Part shown: positions 63,288 to 64,000 of the stretch, in pieces
How positions within the stretch are numbered: the first letter of the stretch is position 1
Layout of the letters: each line of letters opens with the position of its first letter
Assembly (NCBI GenBank): GCA_947479455.1
Contig: CANJZE010000002.1
Coordinates: 98,222 to 162,221 of the forward strand
From: Bacteroidota bacterium
GTDB taxonomy: Bacteria > Bacteroidota > Bacteroidia > Chitinophagales > LD1
Length of the DNA stretch: 64,000 nucleotides
Direction of reading: 5' to 3'
The notes under the pieces: model-generated
What the model was told of the DNA's origin: nothing
Database searches by the model: none
What the model saw: the letters and a program-made list of their open reading frames with translations, nothing else
Program-made: the position numbers and the translations under genes

Positions 63288-64000
63288 CTACTTTTGTATC
63301 ACCAACTTTTTCGTAATCCTTGCCTTCTCGTTTTCTAAGGTTACAAAGTAAACACCGTTCGCAATTGATAATTGAAGATTGATAATTGAAGATTGAACAG
63401 CCGTCTTTAGGATTTCTCGACCCGTTAAATCATTGACAGTCAATTTACAGCCAATCATTTTTTTATATGATAAAATAGTAACCGACTCGTTTGCAGGATT
63501 TGGGTAAATCTGTATTTGCATTTCTCCCTCTCCTTCGGAGAGGGTTGGGGAGAGGTTGGTGCTCGTTGTTATTGTATTCGTTGTAGTATTCGTAACCACC
63601 GCAGTATTAAAATCAAAATAAATAAAAGCCGTGTTGCTGATGTGCGTGCCTACAGGCAAATTGTTTTTCAACTTCACTTTGTATTGAACATAGCCATGAC
63701 TTAATGCTTCATTCGCATTGCTATCGGGTAAGTTGATGTTTGGAAAATTAAAGCGTACCGCGTTCTCTTTTATCTGCACCATCGGTTGGTGACTGTAAGC
63801 CAGTAATTGAAATGTGCCTGCATCTACATTAGCATCAAGAGTATCAGTTACATAAATATGCTCGGCAGTGGCGGTGCCGGTGTTTTGAAAATGAATAGTA
63901 TAAGTGAGCCAATCACCTGCATCAATACTGCTTACAGGCGACACTTCCTTTTCATTAGGGTCATAAGAACTTACTACCGTGAAGCAATGCGAAAGATGGT
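63288..64000 (-). CDS. T9SS type A cargo with DUF11-like conserved repeat domain; 5' end outside the window
   Basis: The frame stays open to the window edge (...SYDPNEKEVSPVSSIDAGDWLTYTIHFQNTGTATA). C-terminal domain: IYPNPANESVTI...GVYFVTL...KLVIQK. The ORF-track start at 63944 is an internal GTG. Confidence 0.8.
   Translation of the reverse strand, partial: HLSHCFTVVSSYDPNEKEVSPVSSIDAGDWLTYTIHFQNTGTATAEHIYVTDTLDANVDAGTFQLLAYSHQPMVQIKENAVRFNFPNINLPDSNANEALSHGYVQYKVKLKNNLPVGTHISNTAFIYFDFNTAVVTNTTTNTITTSTNLSPTLSEGEGEMQIQIYPNPANESVTILSYKKMIGCKLTVNDLTGREILKTAVQSSIINLQLSIANGVYFVTLENEKARITKKLVIQK
63363..63395. repeat. ATTGA-rich 14-mer repeat (ATTGATAATTGAAG x2 plus ATTGA) inside the sorting-domain coding region
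   Basis: Read directly. It encodes QSSIINLQLSI on the minus strand. The reverse complement nearly matches 5162..5192. Confidence 0.6.
63524..63559 (-). repeat. hairpin-repeat copy E inside a CDS (minus strand: CCAACCTCTCCCCAACCCTCTCCGAAGGAGAGGGAG)
   Basis: 8-bp stem CCCTCTCC-GAA-GGAGAGGG plus a third upstream arm CCTCTCC, the same architecture as copies A-C. It is read in frame as NLSPTLSEGEGE in the linker before the sorting domain. Confidence 0.65.

Overview
A 64-kb chromosomal segment that looks like Bacteroidota. This is an inference from the fused lpxC-fabZ gene, many type A and type B T9SS C-terminal sorting domains, TAnnTTTG-like promoter motifs and AT-rich DNA.

Most of the window is housekeeping:
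- katG (3' part), tgt, an LptF/G permease, fabG and dnaK
- a truncated, re-ordered dcw block: mraZ-rsmH-ftsL-ftsI-murD-mraY-acyP
- parC, tRNA-Lys, ftcD and fbp
- lpxD, lpxC/fabZ and lpxA
- an HD hydrolase, a NUDIX hydrolase, hpf, an isolated rplL and recN

Accessory content:
- a PAS histidine kinase with two response regulators
- a cluster of five T9SS cargo genes at 32.3-39.1 kb, three of them tandem paralogs
- a 1644-aa adhesin (choice-of-anchor-L domain, Ig-like repeats, type B sorting domain) with about 640-bp internal super-repeats
- a frameshifted GT2 glycosyltransferase
- three toxin-antitoxin-like loci, two of which have partners too short or start-less to appear in the ORF track

Structure not explained by the ORF track:
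- a GC-rich hairpin repeat family that sits directly after stop codons and also in frame inside two CDSs
- TCAAT/ATTGA-rich microsatellite hairpins between operon genes
- a decayed inverted copy of the PAP2 gene 5' end hidden in a spacer
- a degenerate tRNA-Lys copy
- a nested-hairpin region downstream of lpxA

I found no rRNA, CRISPR array, transposase or integrase. No single clearly novel multi-gene system could be demonstrated from sequence alone.
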